Below are positions 1-8,421 of a DNA stretch of 64,000 nucleotides, in pieces. Under the pieces are notes generated by a model that saw only the letters and a program-made list of their open reading frames with translations, had not been told where the DNA came from and ran no database searches. The stretch comes from Bacillales bacterium UBA4682 (lineage in GTDB: Bacteria > Bacillota_I > Bacilli_A > RFN20 > CAG-288). How positions within the stretch are numbered: position 1 is the first letter of the stretch; each line of letters begins with the position of its first letter. The stretch lies in assembly GCA_002404995.1 (NCBI GenBank), contig DHKY01000004.1, positions 122,821 through 186,820 of the forward strand, given 5' to 3'. The position numbers were made by a program, and so were the translations under genes.

Positions 1-583
1 ATTCAAGCCAAATACCACGAGCCGGAATAATATCAGAGCCGAAAACTTCGGAATATTCTTTCTTGATATCATTCTCGTTCTTCTTTGGCATGACTTCATC
101 ACGTTCACGGGAAACATAAGCACCCGGAGAACGGATCAACTGGCTGGCAACGCATTTTTCGGAGCCATTGACAATAAAGGTTCCAGAAGGAGTCATCCAC
201 GGGAATTTGCCCATGAAGATTTTCTCTTCCTGGATTGTTCCGTTCGGATGCTTCAGGCGAAGCGTAGTATGCAAGGCTGCAGAATATGTTAATGCAGAGA
301 CTTTGCACTCAAAATAGTCATGTTCAGGAGCAGACCATTCAGAATCAACGAAGCTTAGTTCAGCAACGTTTTCCGTATCTGTCTCATGACCATGAGAGTC
401 CTTGTTCGAGTAAATTGGGAAGACGTCCTGGAAAACTTCATTAACACCAGAATCTTTGAACCAGCGGAAAGACTCCAATTGGACGTCGCAAAGGTTCGGA
501 AGAGGAACGGCAGAGAAGGTTTTGGAGAGATCAATACGGCCGTTAGCCGTCTTCTTATACTTACTCAAATCGAATTGTTCCAT
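1..583 (-). CDS. rpoB: DNA-directed RNA polymerase beta subunit, N-terminal part (runs off window start)
   Basis: Minus-strand translation from ATG at 583 gives MEQFDLSKYKK...KIFMGKFPWMTPSGTFIVNGSEKCVASQLIRSPGAYV. This matches the conserved RpoB N-terminal GTFIINGAERV.VSQL.RSPG motif. GAGG SD lies 7 nt upstream. It follows rplL as in the canonical operon. It is absent from the ORF track only because it has no in-window stop. Confidence 0.9.
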   Translation of the reverse strand, partial: MEQFDLSKYKKTANGRIDLSKTFSAVPLPNLCDVQLESFRWFKDSGVNEVFQDVFPIYSNKDSHGHETDTENVAELSFVDSEWSAPEHDYFECKVSALTYSAALHTTLRLKHPNGTIQEEKIFMGKFPWMTPSGTFIVNGSEKCVASQLIRSPGAYVSRERDEVMPKKNENDIKKEYSEVFGSDIIPARGIWLE

Positions 584-625
584 ATGATTACCTCGTGTCT
601 TTCTTCCGCGCACAAACGGACATAA

Positions 626-733
626 GCTGTTATAAGGATTTGAATAAAGGACCGAAATGTGCTCTTTTTCGGTCTTCCTTAAAGACAACTAAGCCCACCC
701 CGCTTAAAAAGCAGGGTGGGTCAGTGATACGTA
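626..733 (-). promoter_or_regulatory. Two hairpins in the rplL-rpoB intergenic region (attenuator-like)
   Basis: Stem cccaccccgctt/aagcagggtggg (~702-730) and stem aggaccgaaa/tttcggtcttcct (~630-665) followed by a T-rich tract on the transcribed strand. An attenuator between rplL and rpoB is known in other bacteria. Confidence 0.35.
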
Positions 734-746
734 AGCGATAATCGGA

Positions 747-1118
747 CTACTTAACTTCGACTTCAGCGCCAGCGGCAACAAGCTGCTTCTTGATTTCTTC
801 AGCTTCAGCAGGAGAAATCTTCTCTTTGATGGCAACAGGAGCCTTGTCAACTAACTTCTTGGCATCCCTTAAGCCTAAGCCAGTGATAGCCTGGACAGCT
901 TTGATGACCGGAACCTTGGCAGAGCCAAAGCTCTTTAAGGTAACAGTGACTTCGCTCGGTCCTTCAGCGGCAGCAGCACCAGCAGCCGGAGCAGCGGCAA
1001 CAGCGGCAGCAGCCTTGACACCGAATTCAGTCTCAATAGCGGAAACCAGATCCCTGATTTCAGCCCTATTCATCTCCTTTAAACCGGCGATGACTTCTTC
1101 TTTAACTAATTTAGCCAT
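747..1118 (-). CDS. rplL: 50S ribosomal protein L7/L12
   Basis: MAKLVKEEVIAGLKEM...Ala-rich hinge...GLGLRDAKKLVDKAPVAIKEKISPAEAEEIKKQLVAAGAEVEVK. Classic L7/L12 NTD, hinge and CTD. Confidence 0.97.
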   Translation of the reverse strand: MAKLVKEEVIAGLKEMNRAEIRDLVSAIETEFGVKAAAAVAAAPAAGAAAAEGPSEVTVTLKSFGSAKVPVIKAVQAITGLGLRDAKKLVDKAPVAIKEKISPAEAEEIKKQLVAAGAEVEVK

Positions 1119-1175
1119 TGTGTTTTTTCCTCCAAATAATGGTTTTCACGTCCCGGAAATCGGAAATCCGTTTTA

Positions 1176-1688
1176 TTAGGCTTTTGCTTCTTCAGCGCCA
1201 CCGTTCTTCTCTGCCAGTGCCTTTAAGGTAAGGGCAAGCTGGGTAAGAGGAGAAGTGAGCGTAGAAAGAAGGATAGACCTGGCGTTGTTCTTGTTGCCAA
1301 TAGCAGCAAGTGCATTCAGCTTCTCTGCATCGCAGTAGCCACCGCCGATCCTTCCGCCTTTGATGGCGAAATTCTTTTTGTGGGATTCGGCGAACGACTT
1401 GATGACGGAAAGACCATCACCCTCCTCTTTGGAGACAATGAGTGCGTTCGGGCCCTTGAGAAGTCCGTCTAACTGAGAAAGTCCATCTTCATCGACAGCT
1501 TTCTTCAGTAACGAATTCTTGTGGACACTTAAACGGGCACCTGCCTTCTTGAGGTCAATGCGGAGCTGAGTGACATCGGCAACGCTTAAACCGGAATAAG
1601 AAACGATGACAACAGAATGGGAAACCTTTAAGGTTTCGTTAATCTTGCTGACAGTCTCTTTCTTCTCTGCTAAGATCTGCTGATTCAT
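1176..1688 (-). CDS. rplJ: 50S ribosomal protein L10
   Basis: True start MNQQILAEKKETVSKINE at 1688 with AAGGAGGTG SD. The track ORF begins at an upstream alternative start. Position before rplL. Confidence 0.95.
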   Translation of the reverse strand: MNQQILAEKKETVSKINETLKVSHSVVIVSYSGLSVADVTQLRIDLKKAGARLSVHKNSLLKKAVDEDGLSQLDGLLKGPNALIVSKEEGDGLSVIKSFAESHKKNFAIKGGRIGGGYCDAEKLNALAAIGNKNNARSILLSTLTSPLTQLALTLKALAEKNGGAEEAKA

Positions 1689-1849
1689 TCTTTCACCTCC
1701 TTTGTTTAGGTATGGTGTATTTTGACAATATACTTTGTGACTGTGGTTCTTCCTCACATATCCTGGGTAACGGATTAAGCCTACTGAAACGTGGGCAGTT
1801 ACTGTCTTAGGTATATTGAGACACCCGAATCAAACGGATAAATAGGAAA
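1689..1849 (-). promoter_or_regulatory. Putative L10 (rplJ) leader / autoregulatory 5'UTR
   Basis: About 160-nt untranslated gap between rplA stop and rplJ start. This is the position of the L10 leader in Firmicutes. Structure was not verified. Confidence 0.3.
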
Positions 1850-2524
1850 TTAGATAGCTAAGCGGATAGCCGGGCCATAGGTAGAAGAAATAGTAGCAGA
1901 GTTGATGTAAGTACCTTTGACGGCAGCCGGACGGGCTTTGGAAACGGCGTCAATGATAGACTGCAAGTTATCAGCCAAGTTCTGAGCGTCGAAAGAAGCC
2001 TTTCCGAAGTTGATGGCTAAGTTGCCATCTTTATCATTACGGTAGGAAATCTTGCCGTTTTTGATGGATTTGATTGCTTCGCCGATGTTCGGAGAGACAG
2101 TGCCAGACTTCGGGTTCGGCATTAAGCCCTTAGGACCTAAGACACGACCCCTACGGCCTAAGAAAGGCCTCCTGTTCGGAGTTGCAACGATAACATCGAA
2201 TTCAAACCAGTTCTCTTTCTGGATCTTCTCAAGCCTATCCTGCTGGCCAACATAGTCAGCACCTGCGGCCTTGGCCTCTTCGACCTTATCCGTGATAGCA
2301 AGGACACGGACAGTTTTGCCGTTTCCATGCGGAAGAACAATGGTTCCACGTAACTGCTGATCTGCCTGTTTCGGATCGATGTTGAGATTGAAACTGACAT
2401 CGATGGTTTCATCGAATTTGGCAGTAGCGGTCTTCTTAACTAATTCACAGGCTTCCTTGACAGAATACTTCTTGCCCTTTTCGATCAGAGCTAAGGAAGC
2501 AGCGTATTTCTTTGCTAATTTCAT
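1850..2524 (-). CDS. rplA: 50S ribosomal protein L1
   Basis: MKLAKKYAASLALIEKGKKYSVKEACELVK...GRRGRVLGPKGLMPNPKSGTV. Typical L1. Confidence 0.97.
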   Translation of the reverse strand: MKLAKKYAASLALIEKGKKYSVKEACELVKKTATAKFDETIDVSFNLNIDPKQADQQLRGTIVLPHGNGKTVRVLAITDKVEEAKAAGADYVGQQDRLEKIQKENWFEFDVIVATPNRRPFLGRRGRVLGPKGLMPNPKSGTVSPNIGEAIKSIKNGKISYRNDKDGNLAINFGKASFDAQNLADNLQSIIDAVSKARPAAVKGTYINSATISSTYGPAIRLAI

Positions 2525-2544
2525 GATGATGCTTTCTCCTTGCT

Positions 2545-2982
2545 TTAGTCGACAATGGCAATGCCCATAGAACGGGCAGAACCTTCGACACAGCGTTCAG
2601 CGGCTTCTAAGGAATCGACGTTAAGATCAGGCCTCTTGTATTCGGCAATCTTCTTGACGTCTTCACGTTTGACACGGCCGACAACATCTTTGCTGTTTCC
2701 GCCGTGATCCGGACCCTTACGGCCTTTTTCGATACCGGCTGCCTTTAATAAAAGGTAAGTAACCGGGGTGGTCTTGAAGGACCTGTCGAATGTACGGTCT
2801 TCATAGATTGTGAGAACGCAGGGAACAACCTCGCCTTTACGATCGGCAGTCTTAAGGTTGAACTGCTGGCAGAATTTACCACCGATACCAAAAGGACCAA
2901 GTTTCTGTCCTAATTTGGCCGGATTAGCTCCTCCGCCTTCGGCACGGATAATCATCACTCGCGTGACTTTCTTTGCTGGCAT
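2545..2982 (-). CDS. rplK: 50S ribosomal protein L11
   Basis: MPAKKVTRVMIIRAEGGGANPAKLGQKLGPFGIGGKF...PDHGGNSKDVVGRVK. Typical L11. Confidence 0.97.
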   Translation of the reverse strand: MPAKKVTRVMIIRAEGGGANPAKLGQKLGPFGIGGKFCQQFNLKTADRKGEVVPCVLTIYEDRTFDRSFKTTPVTYLLLKAAGIEKGRKGPDHGGNSKDVVGRVKREDVKKIAEYKRPDLNVDSLEAAERCVEGSARSMGIAIVD

Positions 2983-3283
2983 TGTTTTTTCCTCCTTTAC
3001 CAGTGTGGTACTAACAGTTAGTCACTGGACTTCCCACTTGTTTAAAGGCACACTAACACCAATAAGGCATAGTACGCCCTTAACCTTTGAGAATTATACT
3101 CATCTGTCAATGCAGTTGCAATAGAAATTTTAAATTTTGTTGTATCTCTTATCAGTTTATGCTATCTTAGTTTTTGCTTTAGTGCGCTAAAGCTCGACCT
3201 TTGCTCCGCTGGAAGCGTCACTCTTCTATGAGCTAGGGGACATCCTAATTATTTCCAGAACTAATTTAAAGGAGAACAAAAAC

Positions 3284-3733
3284 ATGAACAAGCAGTTAGT
3301 TCAGCAAGTCAATGCTACTCAGATCCGTAATGATATTCCGGATATCCGCACTGGTGACAAAGTCCGTGTCAGGGTTTCCATCCGTGAAAACAACAAGGAA
3401 CGTCAGCAGGCCTTCGAAGGCGTTGTTATCGCTATCCGTGGTGCCTCTTCCAGCAAGACCATTACTGTCCGTAAGGTCTCTGCCGGTGTCGGTGTCGAGC
3501 GTAATTTCTTAAGGAATAGCCCGGTCATCGCTTCCATCAAAGTCTTAGAACACAGCAAAGTCCGTCGTAAGAAGCTTTACTTCTTACGTTCTCTCTCTGG
3601 CAAAGCAGCCCGTCTTACCCGTGTTATCGATAAGAAGGATGCCAAGCTTGTCGAAGAGACCGTTGCCAAAGCAGAAGATACTCCTATTGCACAGGAAGTC
3701 AAAGCTGCTGAAGCCGATAAGAAGGCTGAATAA
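3284..3733 (+). CDS. rplS: 50S ribosomal protein L19 (with K/E/A-rich C-terminal extension)
   Basis: MNKQLVQQVNATQIRNDIPDIRTGDKVRVRVSIRENNKERQQAFEGVVIAIRG...VERNF. AAAGGAG SD 9 nt upstream. Confidence 0.95.
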   Translation: MNKQLVQQVNATQIRNDIPDIRTGDKVRVRVSIRENNKERQQAFEGVVIAIRGASSSKTITVRKVSAGVGVERNFLRNSPVIASIKVLEHSKVRRKKLYFLRSLSGKAARLTRVIDKKDAKLVEETVAKAEDTPIAQEVKAAEADKKAE

Positions 3734-3790
3734 TAATTCTTCCTTCAATTTGTTCTATCTTCTCTTCAAAAAAGGTAAAAAAGTGACACC

Positions 3791-3825
3791 AAGGGCCGCA
3801 CAAAGCGGTCCTTTTCTTTTTCTTG
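3791..3825 (+). terminator. Rho-independent terminator after rplS
   Basis: Stem gggccgc/gcggtcc (1 mismatch), loop acaaa, then ttttcttttt. Confidence 0.6.
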
Positions 3826-3870
3826 TTTTAGTCAGTAAAACAATAGATGCGTAATGTCAAGTAAAAGTAC

Positions 3871-3899
3871 TTGACAGAAGAAAACGTAACTACTATAAT
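3871..3899 (+). promoter_or_regulatory. Consensus sigma-A promoter of the rpsP-KH-rimM-trmD operon
   Basis: TTGACA (3871-3876), 17-nt spacer, TATAAT (3894-3899). rpsP ATG at 3930 with AAGGAGG SD. Confidence 0.75.
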
Positions 3900-3929
3900 T
3901 CTGTCTGTCCATTAAGGAGGATTATTTCA

Positions 3930-4220
3930 ATGGTTAAGATTCGTTTAGCTCGCCAGGGACGTGTTCATACCCCTAGCTATCGTATTGTTGTCTCTGATTC
4001 CCGTCGTACTCCTAGCTCTGCTGCTTTAGATCAGTTAGGAAGCTATGATTCTGTTTCCGGTGCTTTCACCCTTGATGAGGAAAAAGCACTCTATTGGCTC
4101 AACCAGGGCGCCATCGCTTCTGATTCTGTCCGCACCCTTTTAACCAAAAAGGGTATCTACAAGAAGTACACTGACGCCAAGATTGCTGCCAAGAAGGCTG
4201 CAAAATCCGAGGCTAAGTAA
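3930..4220 (+). CDS. rpsP: 30S ribosomal protein S16
   Basis: MVKIRLARQGRVHTPSYRIVVSDSRR... Typical S16. Confidence 0.97.
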   Translation: MVKIRLARQGRVHTPSYRIVVSDSRRTPSSAALDQLGSYDSVSGAFTLDEEKALYWLNQGAIASDSVRTLLTKKGIYKKYTDAKIAAKKAAKSEAK

Positions 4221-4222
4221 AC

Positions 4223-4519
4223 ATGGTCAACGGCACTAACCTCGATTTAACGGATGATATCCGTTCTCTTGTCGAGCCTTTGGTTAGCAAACCGGAAGTC
4301 ATCCAAATTAAACGCCTCGACAAAGAAGAAGACTTAGGACGCCGTGAACAGACCTATCTCATCCTCTGCGAAAAAGAGGATTTAGGAAAACTCATCGGAC
4401 GTCATGGTGTTATTTCCGATTCGCTTCGTACCATCCTTAACGTCTCAGTTAAGAACAGGCGTAAGAAAGTTCACCTTCGCTTCGATTCCTTCGATCACTA
4501 CAATAGCGATAAACGCTAA
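4223..4519 (+). CDS. KH-domain RNA-binding protein (YlqC/KhpA-like)
   Basis: 98 aa; GKLIGRHGVISDSLRTIL matches the KH GxxG core. Conserved position between rpsP and rimM. Confidence 0.85.
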   Translation: MVNGTNLDLTDDIRSLVEPLVSKPEVIQIKRLDKEEDLGRREQTYLILCEKEDLGKLIGRHGVISDSLRTILNVSVKNRRKKVHLRFDSFDHYNSDKR

Positions 4520-4535
4520 AATCATCTTGAAAAGG

Positions 4536-4560
4536 GGAGCGCATGCTACGCTCCCCATTT
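4536..4560 (+). terminator. Intra-operon hairpin between the KH gene and rimM (partial terminator/attenuator)
   Basis: Stem ggggagcg/cgctcccc, loop catgcta, followed by atttctttattt. Confidence 0.4.
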
Positions 4561-4585
4561 CTTTATTTATATGGGAGGATATAAA

Positions 4586-5083
4586 ATGGCAAGGAAGAAA
4601 ATCGGTCATATTGTTAATTTTTTCGGTTTAAAAGGTGAGCTGAAAGTCTCTGTGCTTTCCTCGACAGCCGAAGTACGTTTCGCAAAAGGAAAGAAGGTTT
4701 ATCTCACGGATCCAAGCGGGGAGAAAAAGACTTTTACGATCTCCTCAAGCCGTGCAAAGAATGAACGCATTTATATTATTGGTTTAGAAGGATATGATGA
4801 CATCAATGATATCCAGTCCTTCATCGGACAGGATATTTTCGCTAATGTTCGTGCTCCGAAGGGCACGTTCTTCTATGATGATTTGGTTGGCAGGAATGTT
4901 CTTTCTTTCAAGGGAGAGAAAGACTATGGCAAGGTCAGCCAGGTTACTCAGATGCCGGCTGCAGACTACCTAATTGTCGAAAGCAAATATGTTCCGTTCC
5001 AAAGGGAGATTTTCATTGATCATGTCGATAGCAAGGAAAAGAAAATCTACTTGACGGAAAAAGGCGAAGAACTGAGGAAATAA
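4586..5083 (+). CDS. rimM: 16S rRNA processing protein RimM
   Basis: MARKKIGHIVNFFGLKGELKV... with GGGAGG SD. The track ORF starts 15 nt earlier. PRC-barrel C-terminal part. Confidence 0.9.
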   Translation: MARKKIGHIVNFFGLKGELKVSVLSSTAEVRFAKGKKVYLTDPSGEKKTFTISSSRAKNERIYIIGLEGYDDINDIQSFIGQDIFANVRAPKGTFFYDDLVGRNVLSFKGEKDYGKVSQVTQMPAADYLIVESKYVPFQREIFIDHVDSKEKKIYLTEKGEELRK

Positions 5084-5865
5084 TGGTCATTAAAATCAGG
5101 ACTCTGTTTCCTGAATTCTACAACGAATTCAAGAAAACATCAGTAGTCGGGCGTGCCATTGAAAACGGCATTGCGGATTTTCAGACCATTGATTTGAAAA
5201 ACTATTCCAGGAAGAACCACCGAGTCGATGGTCATCCTATCGGCGGCGGAGCTGGAAGGATCAGGCGCAGGGAGCCTCTTGTGAACTGCTTAAGAGAAAA
5301 CACAACAAAAAACACCTATAAAATCATGAGGTCTCCTAAGGGACATCCTTATACACAGAAGGATGCATTACGTTTTTCGAAAAGGAACGAAATCTGTATC
5401 ATCTGTGGCCACTACGAGGGAATCGATGCTCGTTTCGAGGACTATGTCGATGAGCAGATTTCTGTGGGTGATTACGTCCTTTCTGGAGGCGAGATTCCGG
5501 CAAGGTTAATCAGTGACAGCATCATCCGCCTCTTAAAAGGAGCTATTGCGGATGATTCTACGAAAGAGGAATCCTTTACCAATACGATTCTTGAATATCC
5601 TCAATATACCTACCCCTTGGATTTCGAAGGAAAGAAGATTCCGGAGATTCTTTTCTGTGGGAACCATAAGATAATCGATGATTATCACCGGAAGCAAGCA
5701 AGGAAAGACACCTATAGGTACCGGAAAGACCTTTTTGATCAGAGGGTTTATACAAGAAGAGATGCTAAGCTTTGGGAAGAAATTCAAAGCGGAGAGGAGC
5801 TTTCCCCTGCTGAAAAGCAAGCAAGGGAGAACGGAAAAAAGTTCCTTCCTGAAAAAGGACGATAA
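5083..5865 (+). CDS. trmD: tRNA (guanine37-N1)-methyltransferase TrmD
   Basis: Start overlaps the rimM stop (TAATG). Contains ICIICGHYEGIDARFEDYVDEQISVGDYVLSGGEIPARLISDSIIRLL and LEYPQYTYPLDFEGKKIPEILFCGNHKII. Confidence 0.9.
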   Translation: MVIKIRTLFPEFYNEFKKTSVVGRAIENGIADFQTIDLKNYSRKNHRVDGHPIGGGAGRIRRREPLVNCLRENTTKNTYKIMRSPKGHPYTQKDALRFSKRNEICIICGHYEGIDARFEDYVDEQISVGDYVLSGGEIPARLISDSIIRLLKGAIADDSTKEESFTNTILEYPQYTYPLDFEGKKIPEILFCGNHKIIDDYHRKQARKDTYRYRKDLFDQRVYTRRDAKLWEEIQSGEELSPAEKQARENGKKFLPEKGR

Positions 5866-6415
5866 AAAGCTCTCAGCAAAATCCAGTATTATACCTATAG
5901 AGTTAAATATAGCGGTTTTTATGAGTCTAATCTTTCTTTCACAGATAAAGATTTCTTCGATTTAAAGGATTACAATGATTCTGTTTCCTATTTACAGAAC
6001 ATATATTCTTCATCCTATCTTTCAGAAGAAAACATTTCGGAATTCTTTTGCTGGACAGGAAAAATCAGAAATTGCAGAAAGCTGATAATCCTGAAGGGTT
6101 TAAGTACTGAGTCGCTGATTTAAACTTTATAATCACACAATCAACAATCTATAAAACAAAAGATTACAACAGCGATAGGATGTCTGGATACCAAGTGAAA
6201 TATTCTGACAATACATGGGTAGAGTTAAAATACGAATTCAGCAAGCGAAAAGAGGTTAATGGTTATCTATTCTACCTATATGGTCTCCTCGCCAATTCTT
6301 ATTAGCAATTAAAAGAAAATGAAGGAATCATTGGATTAAAGCCGACCAAAGACAGGCCGAATTCGCAGTCGAAACTCTCTTCAGACTGAAGCGACTGTTT
6401 TCCCAGCATTCTGTG

Positions 6416-6455
6416 AAAAGAAAAGACGTCTTTTCCTGAGACGTCTTTTTTCTTC
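6416..6455. terminator. Bidirectional rho-independent terminator (3' of ffh; also faces the trmD side)
   Basis: Stem aagacgtct/agacgtctt, loop tttcctg, with an A-run upstream and a T-run downstream. Confidence 0.65.
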
Positions 6456-6489
6456 TGTGCTGATACTGAATGCGTTTTTAGAAAGACGG

Positions 6490-7839
6490 CTACTTTCTCC
6501 GGCGGAACATACCGCCCATTCCACCGAAGCCGCCCATCCTACCCCTGTTCTTCCTCTGGCCTTTCCTTTGTTCAAAGGCAGTCAGAATAGCTGTGACTTC
6601 TTTAGGGGAAGTACCGGAGCCTTTCGCAATACGAAGTTTGCGATTGGATTTGATAATTTCCGGTTTCTTACGTTCCTGTCGGGTCCTGGAGTTGATAATG
6701 ACCTGAGTCTTCTTCCTCCTGGCTTCCGCCTGGTCCATCTGCTCATCCGAAACAGAAGGCCTGTTCGGAACCATAGACCTGATTCGCTTTAAAGATCCGA
6801 GTTTATTGATCTGCTTCCTCATTGAGAGCCTATCATTCCTATCGAACTGGCCCTGTGCCATTCGACGAGAAGTCTTTTCTGCCTGCTTCTCATCGATTTT
6901 TTCCTGCCTCTCTTCAACCAGGGAAACAATATCACCCCTGCCTAAGATACGATCCGCCCTGCGCTCCGGATGGAAGTTCTGTAAATCATCCATCTTCTCG
7001 CCGAGACCTGCATACTTGATTGGGAGACCAGTCAGTTTCTTAATAGAAAGAGCAGCGCCGCCACGGCTGTCGCCATCGAGCTTTGTCCTGACAAGACCTG
7101 TGATTTTAATCTGTTTTGAAAAAGCAAGGGCAACGTTCGTTGCATTCTGACCGACCAAGGCATCAACAGTCAGAAGGGTCTCATCAACTCGGACTTTGGC
7201 TTGAATCTGCTGAAGCTCTTTCCTTAACGGTTCATCGATTTCAAGTCGTCCAGCAGTATCAAGGATAAGAATATCGTAATGCTCATTGCATGCCTTCTGA
7301 TAAGCAGCTGTAGCAATATCCGGGGGAAGCGTTCCTGTCCGATCTGAATAAGTTTCTACTTGGGGATTGCATTTCAGGCCAAGGTTCGTAAGCTGGTCAA
7401 TAGCGGCCGGACGATAGATATCCAGGGCACCAAGAAGGACTTTCTTGTGGTTTTTCTTTTCAAAAAGCTGTGCTAGTTTCGCAGCGCTTGTAGTCTTACC
7501 GGTTCCTTGGAGGCCGACCATCCTGATAACTGTCGGCTTCCCATCAAGACGGAAGGCAATATCATTGTCACCAGAGCCGAGAAGCTTTGCCATTTTATCA
7601 TGGCAGATTTTGACTACCCTGTCTCCAGGAGAAACTTTTGTCAGGACTTTCTGTCCTATGCTCTCAGTTCTGACCTCGGCAATGAAGTCATTGACAACAT
7701 CATAGTTGACATCGGCTTCCAGTAACGCCTTGCGGACTTCCCCTAACCTATCATCCCTGTTCTTTTCTGTTAAAGTCGCCTGGCCGCGCCTTTTCTTTAA
7801 GATGCGTCCGAGACGATCGCTAAGTGCTTCAAATGCCAT
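6490..7839 (-). CDS. ffh: Signal recognition particle protein Ffh
   Basis: MAFEALSDRLGRILKK...GLQGTGKTTSAAKLA...DTAGRL...TKLDGDSRGGAALS, M-domain, Gly/Met-rich C-terminus. GGAG SD 9 nt from the ATG at 7839. Confidence 0.97.
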   Translation of the reverse strand: MAFEALSDRLGRILKKRRGQATLTEKNRDDRLGEVRKALLEADVNYDVVNDFIAEVRTESIGQKVLTKVSPGDRVVKICHDKMAKLLGSGDNDIAFRLDGKPTVIRMVGLQGTGKTTSAAKLAQLFEKKNHKKVLLGALDIYRPAAIDQLTNLGLKCNPQVETYSDRTGTLPPDIATAAYQKACNEHYDILILDTAGRLEIDEPLRKELQQIQAKVRVDETLLTVDALVGQNATNVALAFSKQIKITGLVRTKLDGDSRGGAALSIKKLTGLPIKYAGLGEKMDDLQNFHPERRADRILGRGDIVSLVEERQEKIDEKQAEKTSRRMAQGQFDRNDRLSMRKQINKLGSLKRIRSMVPNRPSVSDEQMDQAEARRKKTQVIINSRTRQERKKPEIIKSNRKLRIAKGSGTSPKEVTAILTAFEQRKGQRKNRGRMGGFGGMGGMFRRRK

Positions 7840-8176
7840 AATCAATTTCTCCTTCTATTTTCGAAATTACTTCTTCTTTCTTTTTTCCATCCGTAACTTT
7901 CTTCAGTTCCTCAAGTCCATTACGGATTCTATCGAGCTTAGTCAGAAAGCCAAGCTTTTCTTCCCTATTTTCAAGTTCTTTTTTTCCTTGATTCAAAGAA
8001 AGGAACACTGCATTCCGGGAGACTTTCTCAATTTGTGATATTTCCGATAAGGAATAATCATCAAGATAGAAATATTCCCTGCGACGATAGATGGTCTCCG
8101 TAAGCCTGTTTCCGTATATCCTGAACAAGGAGCAGAAGCGATCCTTCTGCTCCCTGATTCGCTCTTCTTTTACCAT
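7829..8176 (-). CDS. ylxM: YlxM/p13-like putative DNA-binding protein (UPF0122) of the SRP operon
   Basis: 115 aa immediately upstream of ffh and overlapping it (ylxM stop at 7829, 11 nt inside ffh). ...YYLDDYSLSEISQIEKVSRNAVFLSLNQGKKEL resembles a sigma region-4-like HTH. Confidence 0.8.
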   Translation of the reverse strand: MVKEERIREQKDRFCSLFRIYGNRLTETIYRRREYFYLDDYSLSEISQIEKVSRNAVFLSLNQGKKELENREEKLGFLTKLDRIRNGLEELKKVTDGKKKEEVISKIEGEIDYGI

Positions 8177-8421
8177 ACAAAGGTCAGCAGATTCCTGAGA
8201 AGGAAAATAATTCCCATAATCCTAAAAGAAGCATAGAAATTCTTATTCTTGAACCTTGCGCCTCTCTCCGGGAAATGGTTGATGACCGCATAAACAAAAG
8301 CAAGGGTCAAAGACGTCCTGATCTGAGCAAGGTAGGGATTCACAAGCAAAGAAGTCCAAGCACTGGAAATAACAAAGTTCAAAAGAGAAAGAATAACAAG
8401 CCAGATAAAAAATGTTGCCAT
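8170..8421 (-). CDS. Small hydrophobic membrane protein (83 aa), translationally coupled between ftsY and ylxM
   Basis: ATG overlaps the ftsY stop (TAATG). GAGGAAG SD. Its own stop overlaps the ylxM start by 7 nt. Two to three predicted TM helices. Confidence 0.55.
   Translation of the reverse strand: MATFFIWLVILSLLNFVISSAWTSLLVNPYLAQIRTSLTLAFVYAVINHFPERGARFKNKNFYASFRIMGIIFLLRNLLTFVW

Noticed and set aside
386-625. 79-aa plus-strand ORF
   Set aside because: Lies opposite the rpoB N-terminal coding region.
960-1030. GCA/GCC-rich triplet repeats
   Set aside because: Encode the Ala-rich flexible hinge of L7/L12. Not a mobile or CRISPR repeat.
5083-5865. TrmD region GGGAGRIRRREPL differs from the usual GGGAGMVMKPEP
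   Set aside because: No frameshift is detectable in the DNA, and the downstream TrmD motifs are intact. Treated as lineage divergence, not a pseudogene.
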